Source: Candidatus Bathyarchaeota archaeon (GTDB taxonomy: Archaea > Thermoproteota > Bathyarchaeia > 40CM-2-53-6 > RBG-13-38-9). Taken from it: 64,000 bases of DNA. Below are positions 10,297-20,396 of the stretch, in pieces. Location of the stretch: contig CAWECG010000004.1 in assembly GCA_963807605.1 (NCBI GenBank), forward strand, positions 416,001-480,000. Direction: 5' to 3'. The position numbers and the translations under genes were made by a program. The notes under the pieces were generated by a model that worked only from the letters and a program-made list of their open reading frames with translations, was not told the origin of the DNA and made no database searches. How positions within the stretch are numbered: position 1 is the first letter of the stretch; every line of letters begins with the position of its first letter.

Positions 10297-10875
10297 GTGA
10301 AATCGGGCTTAACCAAGCTTACCAGAGTACTCATCGGGAACGTCTTTCGCCCCGTTACTGTGGACTACCCAGTGAAAAGTCAACAAGTCGGAGATGTTAC
10401 CATTAACCAAGAGGAGGCTAGAGGGAAACATAGCTTCGATGACGAAAAGTGCATCGGGTGCGGAGCCTGTACCGTCGTATGTTCCAGTGGCGCAATCACA
10501 GAATCAGATGTGCAATTTGAGAGGAGCCTAAAGGTAGAGCTCGGTCGGTGCATATTCTGCGGGAGATGTCGCGACATCTGTCCTGAGAAAGGACTTGAAT
10601 TGACACCTCAATTTGAACTCTCCCAGACCGGAAAGGGTGCAGAAGATTCAATAAAAGTTGAACATACGATCCAGCTTGGAAAATGCGAAAGCTGCGGTCG
10701 AGCAACCTTTCCAATGAAACAGATAGACACGGTCGTCAAGAGAGCTCTTGAGAAGATAGATCTAGCGAACAAGATAACTGCCGGCAGGGACATGGAAGTC
10801 TACGTGAGATATTGCTCTGACTGTCGAAGAACCCAGAGTTACCTCCTGAATATTCACCCACGCAAATCGTACTAG
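10297..10875 (+). CDS. NuoI/HycF-like 2x[4Fe-4S] subunit
   Basis: CIGCGACTVVC and CIFCGRCRDICP plus C-terminal CxxC...CxxC. Confidence 0.9.
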   Translation: MKSGLTKLTRVLIGNVFRPVTVDYPVKSQQVGDVTINQEEARGKHSFDDEKCIGCGACTVVCSSGAITESDVQFERSLKVELGRCIFCGRCRDICPEKGLELTPQFELSQTGKGAEDSIKVEHTIQLGKCESCGRATFPMKQIDTVVKRALEKIDLANKITAGRDMEVYVRYCSDCRRTQSYLLNIHPRKSY

Positions 10876-10890
10876 ACCCACGGTGAGATT

Positions 10891-11340
10891 GTGAGGCTCG
10901 ATCTGAAAGGTAAGGTACGTTCATATTCACCTTGGATCTTCCACGCCCATGCTGGTGGCTGCAACAATTGCGATATCGAGCTGGCTGCATGTTTTGCTCC
11001 GCGCTTCGACCTCGAGAGGATGGGTGTTCAACTTAGAAACAACCCTCGCCACGCAGACATATTTCTGGTAACGGGACCCGCGCCAAAGCAGATCGCCCCA
11101 ATTCTACAGCGGATATACAGTCAAGTACCTAACCCGAAGGTCACGATCGCGTGCGGATCTTGCGCCATCACTGGCGGGATATACAACCGCGACGACGGAA
11201 AAGCAAACTACGCACTTGGCGGTCCAATAGAGAAACTCATTCCCGTCGATGTCTTGATTCCCGGATGCCCACCAAGACCAGAATCTATAATAGAAGGCCT
11301 CATGTTAGCTTTGGAAAAGCTTAGGAAGAAGACGACTTGA
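10891..11340 (+). CDS. Group 4 hydrogenase small subunit (NuoB/HycG/EchC-like)
   Basis: GGCNNCDIE, PRHAD, GSCA, PVDV.IPGCPPRP. Confidence 0.92.
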   Translation: MRLDLKGKVRSYSPWIFHAHAGGCNNCDIELAACFAPRFDLERMGVQLRNNPRHADIFLVTGPAPKQIAPILQRIYSQVPNPKVTIACGSCAITGGIYNRDDGKANYALGGPIEKLIPVDVLIPGCPPRPESIIEGLMLALEKLRKKTT

Positions 11341-11365
11341 GATTCCTAGGCAGGTGATTTTTTAA

Positions 11366-11800
11366 TTGGTCAAAGTTGATGAATTCGACTTACCAGACGA
11401 ACTGTACTACCTCGAAGAGGGAAGAAGCTGGGCAAAGGTCGAGCCTGATGGTAACGTGCGGGTCGGACTCTCTGACATAGCCATCAAGATGGCAGCGGAT
11501 ATAATCTACATACGCCTCAAGCCAAAGGGTGCAGTCGTCGAGCGGGGTAAAGGCTTCGGAACAATGGAAAGCTCAAAATGGGTTGGACCTCTCAAATCAC
11601 CAGTATCAGGAACAATAATCAGCGTCAATGAAGTGCTAACCAAGAATCCAAGCGTGATGGTGAAAGACTCGTATGGCGGAGGGTGGACCGTGATCATCCA
11701 ACCGACAAACCTAGAGAATGACATAAAGGGTCTTCTTCATACGCCCGAACAACTCACCGCATGGGCGACAAAGGAAAAGGCGAACCTTCAGAAAAAATAG
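11366..11800 (+). CDS. Lipoyl-carrier protein (GcvH family, LbpA-like)
   Basis: VRVGLSD, MESSKWVGPLKSPVSG (lipoyl Lys), DSYGGGW. Confidence 0.88.
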   Translation: MVKVDEFDLPDELYYLEEGRSWAKVEPDGNVRVGLSDIAIKMAADIIYIRLKPKGAVVERGKGFGTMESSKWVGPLKSPVSGTIISVNEVLTKNPSVMVKDSYGGGWTVIIQPTNLENDIKGLLHTPEQLTAWATKEKANLQKK

Positions 11801-11861
11801 AGCAATGCCGATGAAACGGTAAGCAACTTCATCAACAATAGATTCTTGCCGGACATCTAAG

Positions 11862-13244
11862 ATGAATAAGGAACAAGTAGACGAGCTCGCCTCGATTGTC
11901 GGGCCGCAGAACGTATCCACCGAGATTCTTGAATTAGAGGTCTATTCACGCGACCCTACGGTCGTCAGGGGAATAGCGGAGGCCGTAGTCTGGCCCATAG
12001 ACGCTGAACAAATAAGTAAGGTCATGGCATTTGCCAACAAGACCAAGATTCCTATCTACCCAAGAGGGGCGGGAAGCAGCCTCTGTGGCGGCCCAGTCCC
12101 TCTGGAACGTGGAATCGTTCTCTCCCTCGAGAGGATGAATAAGATCCTTGAGATAGACGTTGAGAACCTCCAATTTCTAGCCGAGGCGGGCGCGAGCATC
12201 CGGGAGATAAACGACGCACTCAAACCCCTCAATCTGTTCATTCCGCCCGACCCTGCCAGTGAGGTAGCATGCACGATAGGAGGATGCGTCGCAAATAATG
12301 CCGGTGGCATCCATGCGGTGAAATATGGCACCTTTAAGGACTGGGTTCTAGGCGTTGAGCTGGTCTTACCCACTGGGGAGATAGTCTCGACAGGAACAAA
12401 GACGAGGAAGAGCGTCTCTGGGTATGATCTGACGGGCCTAATAACGGGTTCCGAGGGGACTCTGGCAGTCATAACCAAGGTCCGGGCAAGAGTTGTAGCA
12501 GTTCCGGAGAGTCGAATGGTAACCACCGCATACTTCAACACTGCCGAAGATGCCGGCAGAGCATCGTTCAAGATAATGGTCAGAGGCCTCAATCCCTCTG
12601 CAATCGAACTCCTTGACAAGACTACTATGCAGACAATCTCACAGTACCTGACGATGAAGTTGCCACCAGCTGGTGCAATGCTCATCTTGGAATTTGATGG
12701 CCCCCGAGGTGACGTCGATTACCGAATGGGTGTGGCAGAGAACATCTGCAAAGAGGAGGGGGTGATAGAAGTCAAGGTCTCTGCTACAGAGGACGAGAGC
12801 TTAAGCCTTTGGAGTGCTAGGAAAACCGCCTTTCAGTCTCTGGCTGTCCTAGGCAAGACATCAATCCTGATAGAAGACATCACGGTGCCTATCAGCAGAG
12901 TCCCTGAGATGCTCCGCCACATACATGAGATAGCTGAGAAATACGCAATATTAGTCCCAACATTCGGTCATGTTGGAGATGGGAATCTCCATCCCCACGT
13001 ACTCTACGACGAAGAGAACCGAGATGAGTACGACAAGGCCATGGCGGCCACGGACGAGATCTTCAAGACGGCCGTGGAACTTGATGGGACTATATCAGGT
13101 GAACATGGAATAGGCGTACTCAAGAAAAAGTTCTTTCCCCTCGAACACGATTCAATAGAGACAGCCGTAATGAAGAGGATCAAAAAGCTCTTCGATCCCA
13201 ACAATATCCTAAATCCACATAAAATCTTCCCAGAAGAGGAGTGA
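11862..13244 (+). CDS. glcD: FAD-linked 2-hydroxyacid dehydrogenase (GlcD/Dld family)
   Basis: PRGAGSSLCGG, PPDPAS, GSEGTL, GHVGDGNLHP, SGEHGIG, FDPNNILNP. Confidence 0.9.
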   Translation: MNKEQVDELASIVGPQNVSTEILELEVYSRDPTVVRGIAEAVVWPIDAEQISKVMAFANKTKIPIYPRGAGSSLCGGPVPLERGIVLSLERMNKILEIDVENLQFLAEAGASIREINDALKPLNLFIPPDPASEVACTIGGCVANNAGGIHAVKYGTFKDWVLGVELVLPTGEIVSTGTKTRKSVSGYDLTGLITGSEGTLAVITKVRARVVAVPESRMVTTAYFNTAEDAGRASFKIMVRGLNPSAIELLDKTTMQTISQYLTMKLPPAGAMLILEFDGPRGDVDYRMGVAENICKEEGVIEVKVSATEDESLSLWSARKTAFQSLAVLGKTSILIEDITVPISRVPEMLRHIHEIAEKYAILVPTFGHVGDGNLHPHVLYDEENRDEYDKAMAATDEIFKTAVELDGTISGEHGIGVLKKKFFPLEHDSIETAVMKRIKKLFDPNNILNPHKIFPEEE

Positions 13245-13247
13245 CCC

Positions 13248-14402
13248 TTGAACTTCAGGCCGACTCTTGGCAAAGAATTGAGCTACGAACTGAACAAGTG
13301 CTTCAGATGCGGTTTCTGCAGAAGCCAGTGTCCCATCTACCAATCGAAGCAGAATGAGACATGGAATGCACGAGGAAGAATGATGACCGTCCAGCTTATG
13401 AGAGAGGGAAAGTTGGGACTGGATGAAAAAGTGCTTGACCGGATCTACACATGCGCCCTATGCAAAGCATGTGAGAAGATTTGCCCCGGACTGGTAAAAG
13501 TCACAGATATCGTTAGAGAAGTCAGACGCCAACTTGTTGAGATCAATAGCGGGCCTCTTCCTGAACACCTTAAGATGTCGGAGAACATCGCTTCCACAAA
13601 GAACATCTTGGCTATGAAATCGAGAACTCCCGAACTCCAAGGAGCTATTGACAGGCTGCCCAAGACGGCCGACACAATCGTATTCATGGGATGCGTAGCC
13701 CAATACGTCTATCCCAAGCACCTGACCGCACTCTTCAAGATACTAGAAAAAACAAAGACAGAATTCACAGTCCTAAATGACGAACTCTGCTGCGGAAGCT
13801 TCCTAGCCGAACTCGGCCTGACGAAGGAAGCAAAGAATGTTCTGACGGAGACAGCCAACTCGCTTAGAGAGTGGGATGTTAAGAGAATAGTCACCCTATG
13901 TCCAATGTGCTACAACACGTTCAAGAATGACCTTCCCAAGCTGGAGATCACACCAGCCATCAAGGTCCAACACTCGACACAACTACTGGAGGAAGCCCTC
14001 ACAAAAGGAACCCTCAAGCTCTCATCGCCGGTGAAGATGAAGCTGGCTTACAAAGATCCATGCCACCTTGGAAGATACGCCGAAGTCTACGATACGCCTA
14101 GGAACATACTCAAAATGATCGACGGGGTAGAACTCGTCGAGTTAGATCGGACCAAAGAATTTGCGAGATGCTGCGGAGGAACCATAAGAATTCCCTACTC
14201 CGAATTACGGAATGATCTGTGCAAGAACTTCTTCGATGAGGTCTTGAAGTCTAAGGTTGAGGGTGTCGTTACATCATGCCCCTCCTGCTTCCACAACCTC
14301 TACTCAACAGCACCTTACGAGATAAAAGGCATATTCGACATCCACGAGATTCTTGCTCACGCACTCGGCACACTTGAGAAGATCCCATCTTACGAGTATT
14401 AG
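13248..14402 (+). CDS. Fe-S oxidoreductase, GlcF/HdrD family (2x[4Fe-4S] plus two CCG domains)
   Basis: CFRCGFCRSQCP, CALCKACEKICP, LCCG, CPMC, DPCHLGR, RCCGG, SCPSC. Confidence 0.88.
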   Translation: MNFRPTLGKELSYELNKCFRCGFCRSQCPIYQSKQNETWNARGRMMTVQLMREGKLGLDEKVLDRIYTCALCKACEKICPGLVKVTDIVREVRRQLVEINSGPLPEHLKMSENIASTKNILAMKSRTPELQGAIDRLPKTADTIVFMGCVAQYVYPKHLTALFKILEKTKTEFTVLNDELCCGSFLAELGLTKEAKNVLTETANSLREWDVKRIVTLCPMCYNTFKNDLPKLEITPAIKVQHSTQLLEEALTKGTLKLSSPVKMKLAYKDPCHLGRYAEVYDTPRNILKMIDGVELVELDRTKEFARCCGGTIRIPYSELRNDLCKNFFDEVLKSKVEGVVTSCPSCFHNLYSTAPYEIKGIFDIHEILAHALGTLEKIPSYEY

Positions 14403-14449
14403 ACTCGCCAAAGTACGTAGGACCGTTATCTCTTACCCAGTTCTCTTCT

Positions 14450-15349
14450 TCATTCTCGTTTTCGTTCATTCGCAGCTAGAACTTCAAAAAGAATCTTGGC
14501 AGCCTGTGCTGCAGTGGTCCCATGATCATAGTTGGGACAGACCTCAACCAAGTCCAGTCCGACCAGATCTCTGCCCACGATTCTCTCCAGAATATCTATC
14601 ACTGAGAAGTTTTCAAGACCGTCTCCCTCTGGGTTTCCAACCCCTGGAGCGTAGGCAGGATCGAGGACATCGATGTCCAAGGTGATATATCTGCTCTTGA
14701 ACCTGCTCAGCTTTGAGTTAATTAACTCGGCTATCTTTCCTGTCCCTTGATTTCGAACGTCGTAAGTTGAATAGAAGGTTATTCCGCTCTCTCTGGCAAA
14801 CTGCAACTCTTCTCTTGCGACGGCTCTTGTTCCAACCTCGATTATTCGCTCAGGCCCTATCTGCTCAGCGAGTCTCCGCATGTAGGTTGTATGCGAGACC
14901 CGCTCACCCATGTATTCATCCCTAAGGTCTAGGTGAGCGTCGAAGTCTACTACTGCAACGTCTTTCCCAAGTGCTTTGACGGAGCCATATGTTAGGGTGT
15001 GTTCGCCGCCGAGTAGAAGTGGCACCTTTCCTGCTTCCCTTATTTCGCGAACGGAAAGTTCCAAGCGTCTTAGCGTCTCTTCGATATTATCTACAACGAC
15101 GAGATCTCCCGCATCGCATATCTCAATGTCTTCTACATCTAAACCTGATCTGAGGCTGTAAGTCTCAATATTGAGAGATGCCTCTCTGATCGCGCTCGGT
15201 CCCAGAGCCGATCCGCTCCTGTACGTGCTTGTCCGATCGTAGGGAAAGCCAATTACCACATATTTCGCTTGGTCAAAATCTTGGTTGTAACCACTGAAAG
15301 GCTTCTCCACAGACGTATAGAGTCTAAGGTTGTCTCCCCTTATTGGCAA
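14450..15349 (-). CDS. speB: Agmatinase
   Basis: GGEH, DAHLD, DIDVLDPAYAPGVG arginase-family motifs. Confidence 0.9.
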   Translation of the reverse strand: MPIRGDNLRLYTSVEKPFSGYNQDFDQAKYVVIGFPYDRTSTYRSGSALGPSAIREASLNIETYSLRSGLDVEDIEICDAGDLVVVDNIEETLRRLELSVREIREAGKVPLLLGGEHTLTYGSVKALGKDVAVVDFDAHLDLRDEYMGERVSHTTYMRRLAEQIGPERIIEVGTRAVAREELQFARESGITFYSTYDVRNQGTGKIAELINSKLSRFKSRYITLDIDVLDPAYAPGVGNPEGDGLENFSVIDILERIVGRDLVGLDLVEVCPNYDHGTTAAQAAKILFEVLAANERKRE

Positions 15350-15424
15350 AGCCTAATCTCACCCACAGCCATCACCTTGACTAAAGACACGACATGATTA
15401 GATGCGGAACACTCGCCTTATAGT

Positions 15425-15946
15425 ATGTGGTTTTTCAGTAATTGGTCTCAAAGCGAGCACATCGAAGATTCAAGACAATCTATTTATTACCTTTCCAAGA
15501 TAGCTTGGGGTCTATCGGTGCAAAAGATGAGCGAATCCTCCGGAAAGTCTAGAAGTCGATCCCTGCTGTTTGCAGCCGGATTCTATGTCGCGGTGGGCCT
15601 CTACTTAATTGCCTTCAGTTTGGGCTCAAGCACTGATCTGCTTAGCCTGATTGTACTGGCTGTTGCATCAATTCTTGGTGGCGTCGGACTCTATATGTTG
15701 AAGCGTTGGGGCTTCTGGCTTGCGATAGCGGTCTTCCCTTTGCTTGCCACGGTGGCGGCTTCTACACTGTCCTTCTCAATCGGTATTCCGTCGGAAAGCA
15801 CTGGTGCAAGAGCGATGCTTTTTGACGTGTCCTTGGGAATCGTGCTCATTCTCTCGTTTGTATCTGTCCTAATTGTTCTGGACAACAGGAGCAGTTTCAA
15901 GAAGGGCTCTTCTGAACCTCCTCTTTCCAAGCCTGATCGCAGTTAG
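15425..15946 (+). CDS. Membrane protein, ~4 TM (true start probably 15527)
   Basis: Hydrophobic helices. Confidence 0.6.
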   Translation: MWFFSNWSQSEHIEDSRQSIYYLSKIAWGLSVQKMSESSGKSRSRSLLFAAGFYVAVGLYLIAFSLGSSTDLLSLIVLAVASILGGVGLYMLKRWGFWLAIAVFPLLATVAASTLSFSIGIPSESTGARAMLFDVSLGIVLILSFVSVLIVLDNRSSFKKGSSEPPLSKPDRS

Positions 15947-16672
15947 AAAGAACTCAAGAATATCTTTCTTGGAGAGCTTTGAGACTCCTTCCGCCCTGTC
16001 TTGGAATACTATTGGAACGGTGCCGATTCTGAATCCTTTTTCGGAAGCCACTGCCAGAATTTCTATCTGAAAGGCGTAGCCACTTGACTTGAAGTTTTCA
16101 AAATCGATCGACTCGATCATTTTGCGGCGGTAGAGCCTGAATCCCGATGTTACATCTGAAATCTTTATGCCGGCGAGCCACCTTCCTAACATATTGCCAA
16201 ACTTGGAGACCGCCTTTCGGTAGACCCCCCATCCGACGATAGAACCCCCTTCAGTTCTTCTTGAACCAACAACGACATCAAATCCTTCAGAATACTTTTG
16301 TAGAAATGCAGGTATATACTTCGGGTCATGTGACAGGTCCGCATCCATGACTATAACTGGGTCACCTTGCGTTGCCTTCAGAGCCTCAACAATTGCGCCC
16401 CCAAGGCCGGTGCTCTTCTGTTCTATTACTTTGACACCCATTGTTCGGAGTCGAACTGGGGTGTCGTCATCAGATTTGTCAATCGCCAGTATGTCAAAGT
16501 CTTGGTTTTGTGACTGCATCGTCTGCCTGAGCTGGGTGACTAAATCTTCGACCCGAGGTTCATTTCTTGTCGGGATAGCTATTGAGAGCACGTCGTTTAC
16601 CGGCTTTTCATAGTTTTCGGTGACTGCAGTCTTACTGGGTATCGATGGCTCCGTACTTTGTGGTTCTCTCAA
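15869..16672 (-). CDS. Dolichol-phosphate mannose synthase-like GT2
   Basis: IPTRNE, MDADLSHDP, VVGSR, DVTSGFR, GYAFQIE. Confidence 0.88.
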   Translation of the reverse strand: MREPQSTEPSIPSKTAVTENYEKPVNDVLSIAIPTRNEPRVEDLVTQLRQTMQSQNQDFDILAIDKSDDDTPVRLRTMGVKVIEQKSTGLGGAIVEALKATQGDPVIVMDADLSHDPKYIPAFLQKYSEGFDVVVGSRRTEGGSIVGWGVYRKAVSKFGNMLGRWLAGIKISDVTSGFRLYRRKMIESIDFENFKSSGYAFQIEILAVASEKGFRIGTVPIVFQDRAEGVSKLSKKDILEFFLTAIRLGKRRFRRALLETAPVVQNN

Positions 16673-17933
16673 AAGGGGAAGGCTTTCTGAATAGACCCTC
16701 GAAGGTAGCCTTGGAGTTTGTCAACAAGGTTCCTGCTCCAACTAGTGATATCCCGATAATATTTGCAAGCCTCTTGAAGTCTCGATGTCTTCCAGTCGCT
16801 AGCTCAGATACCGTTGTTCCGTAGAGGAGTAGCGGCGAAACGTAGATGACGGCTGAGAAGCCTGAGGCGATAGGCCCAACGATGGTTCTCCAGTAGTCGT
16901 TAAAGAAGAAGGATAGAGGAAAGACGGCGAAGTATGGTACCATGAGTGCCAGACTGAAGATCGAGATCGGGCAAACAAAGTACGTTGCCAAAAGCATCAG
17001 AGCTTCAAACTTCTGAAATATCGACAGCCTGGTTGACTCCAATATTGAGTGATAATGCTTTCGAAAACATTGCGCAAACCCCTTCGCCCATCTATACTGT
17101 TGTTTCCGCATCAATTCAAAGGAGGGAGGAATTTCTCCTGGACAAACAATCTCTGGGAGATAGATGTACCTCCAACCCTTCAACTGCAGCCTTATCGATA
17201 GGTCCAAGTCTTCAGTCAAAGTATCGGAGGTCCAGCCACCAACAGATTGGATGGCCGAGCGCCTAAAGAGTCCACCTGTCCCGCTGAAATGAGCCAGAAG
17301 ATTTGCGGTATACCTTGCCCTCTGGTCTATGATCCCGTAGCCATCAATGGCTAGCGAGACTGCTTTTGTAACCCACGTCTGTCTCAAGTTCAGGTATGTT
17401 GATCGTGTCTGGACGAAGGCCACATCGTCACCCAGGTACATGTAAGGAACGAGCCGTCGGATCAGATCCGGTGGAGGAATGTAATCAGCGTCAAAGATCA
17501 TTACAAAGTCGCTATTTGTGTTCTCGAGTGCTGTCTGCAGTGCTCCTGCCTTGTATCCGACCCTCTCCTCTCTGTGGATGACCTTTACAATACTGGGAAA
17601 CTTCTTCTCGAAGGATCTGACGATGTCTGTTGTTCCATCATCAGAGTCATCTATCACAATTATCTTCAGTCTGTCAGCCGGATAATCCATTTTCAGACAT
17701 GATTCTATGAGGCGGGCAGCGACTCTTCTCTCGTTGAAGAAGGGGACGTGAATCGTCACCCCTGGCAGATCCTTCAATTCTGGTGCTGAAGGTGTCTTAC
17801 CTCGGCCTCTGATAGACAGTGTTGTTAGAAGTGACCAATTGATCGCGTACAGTCCCAGCAGTACGGCTGCCACGGTTGTAAGTATGAGCATCAGTTGCTG
17901 AGCAACGGACAGTTGAGAGAATATTGCTGACAT
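16632..17933 (-). CDS. Processive GT2 glycosyltransferase (cellulose-synthase-like)
   Basis: DDSDD, GYKAGAL, FDAD, TEDLD, QQYRW (D,D,D,QxxRW). Confidence 0.88.
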   Translation of the reverse strand: MSAIFSQLSVAQQLMLILTTVAAVLLGLYAINWSLLTTLSIRGRGKTPSAPELKDLPGVTIHVPFFNERRVAARLIESCLKMDYPADRLKIIVIDDSDDGTTDIVRSFEKKFPSIVKVIHREERVGYKAGALQTALENTNSDFVMIFDADYIPPPDLIRRLVPYMYLGDDVAFVQTRSTYLNLRQTWVTKAVSLAIDGYGIIDQRARYTANLLAHFSGTGGLFRRSAIQSVGGWTSDTLTEDLDLSIRLQLKGWRYIYLPEIVCPGEIPPSFELMRKQQYRWAKGFAQCFRKHYHSILESTRLSIFQKFEALMLLATYFVCPISIFSLALMVPYFAVFPLSFFFNDYWRTIVGPIASGFSAVIYVSPLLLYGTTVSELATGRHRDFKRLANIIGISLVGAGTLLTNSKATFEGLFRKPSPFERTTKYGAIDTQ

Positions 17934-18021
17934 CGATCATCGCTGGGATTTCAAATGACTATACCTTGACTTGCATCAAATTCCGTTATCTTAATTGGTC
18001 CGGAGCGTTTATTGATAGGTC

Positions 18022-20112
18022 TTATCTCTCGAAGTTTTTCTTAGGTGTTTCCACGTAACATTTTGGGCATGTGATGAGAGGTCGACCTCTCATGCCTCTG
18101 GACTTGACCATTTGGAAGCCGCACCTCTGACAATACCTATTAAGTAACTGGAGTGTCCCGAATTGTGGTAGGGGTAGTGAGAATCTACAGTTGCCTGTCC
18201 AAGCTCCTGAGCATCCTATGAATCTCTTTTTGGTACTCTTGCTTCTAATGACCCTGAGTTGAAGGCCACAATTGGGACACGGCACTTTGAGCGTAATTCT
18301 CTGTAAATTCATCTCTCTTACAGCATCACTGAGGTCTCGTCCTATCTCCTCTTCGCTACTCTTGATCTGACGCATTATAGGCTTCAACTGTTCGATGGCC
18401 ATAGCAACCACATTTTCATGTTTGGCTTCTCCGAACTCTATTTTACTCATCTGGAGTTCTAAATCTCTGGTGAAGGTTACGTCGACGATCTTGGGGCAGT
18501 GCTTCTCAAGAACCTCGATTACTTTTTCTGCAAGAGGGCTTGCCTTGATGGATTCATCTAAAATATAGCCCCTTCTGTAGAGGATGTCGATTATCTCGGA
18601 TCTGGTTGCTTTGGTGCCTATTCCATTATTCTCCATCTCTATCAGGAGGCTGCTGGGGTTGTAGCGTGTAGGCGGAGCCGTGAAATGTTCTTGGGCCGAA
18701 ATTCTGTTGAATGTAATCTCTTGCCCCACCCGAAGGGGAGGCAATGATACTTCGGTAAATTCGGAGTAAGGTTCATAGTACCGGATCCAGCCGGGGTAGG
18801 TAAGCCTCGAGCCATGAATGTGGAACGTGTATTCATCAGCAACTTTGATTGTGGCTCTTTGTATTAGCCTTGTTCCCGTTGATGCAAAGGCAGCCATAAA
18901 CCTCTTTGTTACCAAGTCCAGGATTCGTCTTTCTCTTGGTTCAAGTTGTCTCTTCGGCTGCTGGCCTGTTGGATAGATCGCAGGGTGAGCGGAGTCGGTT
19001 TTATTCCCTTCTGTGGGCTTGAGGGCGGATTGAGACATTAGCTCAGCTGAGAGTTCCCTATACTCTGGGTTCCTTTTGAGTCCCTCCAGTATTGTCCTGT
19101 AGCCTATTGAGGCTGGGAGTTTCTGGCTTGAAGTCCTGGGGTAAGAGATCAATGCATCCAAGTAAAGGCGCTCTAATATCCTCAAGGTCTGACTTGGGCT
19201 GGCGCGGAAGTGCTGGTAGGCTTCTGACTGAACGGAGGTTAGATCAAAGGGGATTGGCGGTCGAACCTTTACGTTACTTTCCTGAAGTTCCTCAATGTAT
19301 CCGGATTTTCCACTAATCTGTGTGACTATGCCTTCGGCCTCTGCCTTGTCATCAATCTTCTTCCTTGAGTACTGGGTTTCTACTAGAACCCCACTTATGT
19401 CCACCGTCGCATCAATCGTCCAGTACGGTATCGAAACATGGGTTACGATCTCGATCTCTCTGTCGACAATGAATCGAAGCGTAGGCCCTTGAACTCTTCC
19501 CGTGCTGATTGTTGCATACCGGCCGCTATGACTCCGGGCTGACTCCGTAAGCGCCCTGGAGAGATTGACACCATAAAGCCAGTCTATCTCATGCCTGCAC
19601 ATACCGGCCTGAGCAAGCTGGTAATCAAGCTCGGGCGATAGATTGAGATAGGCTTCTCTAAGGTCAACTCTTGTCAATGTGCTGAATCGCATTCTGCTCG
19701 CTTTGCGGTCGGCGCCGTTGCAGGCGTACTTCAGAATCATATATCCGATCAGGGATCCCTCGATGTCGTAGTCGCATGCGTTGATGAAACGGTCAACGCC
19801 GATCCCGAGCTCTTGAATTGCTCTCAGCCACCCCCTCTGGCTTTCGTAGCCCTTCTCAACCCGATACTTGGGTTTCCAAGAGAACTCCCAAACGGGATAG
19901 GCTCTCCGTGAAGAATCATCTTTCGAATCTACAACATAGAGGTGCCCGAGCGCAGGACAGATCGCCGTCTCTTCGCCTTGTCGGACGATTTCGTAATATG
20001 TCAGGCCATATTTCCGGTGTTCAGATACTGGGTCATCTGTCAATGCCTCTGCCAGTCTTCTGGCGGCATCCGGCTTCTCACAGATGATGAGCGTCCTACT
20101 CAGTATTTCCAC
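18022..20112 (-). CDS. topA: Type IA DNA topoisomerase
   Basis: CEKPDA, DYDIEG, GRVQGP, ISYPRT, AHPAIYPT, GIGTKATR, C-terminal Zn ribbons. Confidence 0.95.
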   Translation of the reverse strand: MEILSRTLIICEKPDAARRLAEALTDDPVSEHRKYGLTYYEIVRQGEETAICPALGHLYVVDSKDDSSRRAYPVWEFSWKPKYRVEKGYESQRGWLRAIQELGIGVDRFINACDYDIEGSLIGYMILKYACNGADRKASRMRFSTLTRVDLREAYLNLSPELDYQLAQAGMCRHEIDWLYGVNLSRALTESARSHSGRYATISTGRVQGPTLRFIVDREIEIVTHVSIPYWTIDATVDISGVLVETQYSRKKIDDKAEAEGIVTQISGKSGYIEELQESNVKVRPPIPFDLTSVQSEAYQHFRASPSQTLRILERLYLDALISYPRTSSQKLPASIGYRTILEGLKRNPEYRELSAELMSQSALKPTEGNKTDSAHPAIYPTGQQPKRQLEPRERRILDLVTKRFMAAFASTGTRLIQRATIKVADEYTFHIHGSRLTYPGWIRYYEPYSEFTEVSLPPLRVGQEITFNRISAQEHFTAPPTRYNPSSLLIEMENNGIGTKATRSEIIDILYRRGYILDESIKASPLAEKVIEVLEKHCPKIVDVTFTRDLELQMSKIEFGEAKHENVVAMAIEQLKPIMRQIKSSEEEIGRDLSDAVREMNLQRITLKVPCPNCGLQLRVIRSKSTKKRFIGCSGAWTGNCRFSLPLPQFGTLQLLNRYCQRCGFQMVKSRGMRGRPLITCPKCYVETPKKNFER

Positions 20113-20396
20113 CTCTGTTGCGAAGCACTAGTCTAGCCAACACAACTACGTAATGACCAGTTACTAAGAGCCCGATCAAGGATTTGAGATAATCCTCATA
20201 ATTGATGCCATCATAGGCCATCTGCCATAGCGGATAGCATCGTTTCAATTTCTCTCCTACTAGCTCGTGGGTCCCACATAAATTGCCAGCTACCGCCGGG
20301 CTCACGGATTCACTACATTTCCGAATCTCATATGCACGGGGCATATCTTCGCCGCCGCCAGCAGTATCCTCTGACTATTTCGTACCGATCTGTCGA

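Noticed and set aside
6060-11340. Complex I / Fpo-like oxidoreductase
   Set aside because: The large subunit retains both Ni-binding CxxC motifs, so a hydrogenase is the better call.
12056-12685. Long antisense ORFs (also 40424-41089, 44158-44832, 52659-53135)
   Set aside because: Shadows of well-supported genes on the opposite strand.
20096-20344. 82-aa ORF upstream of topA
   Set aside because: No recognisable motif in any frame; cannot be supported.
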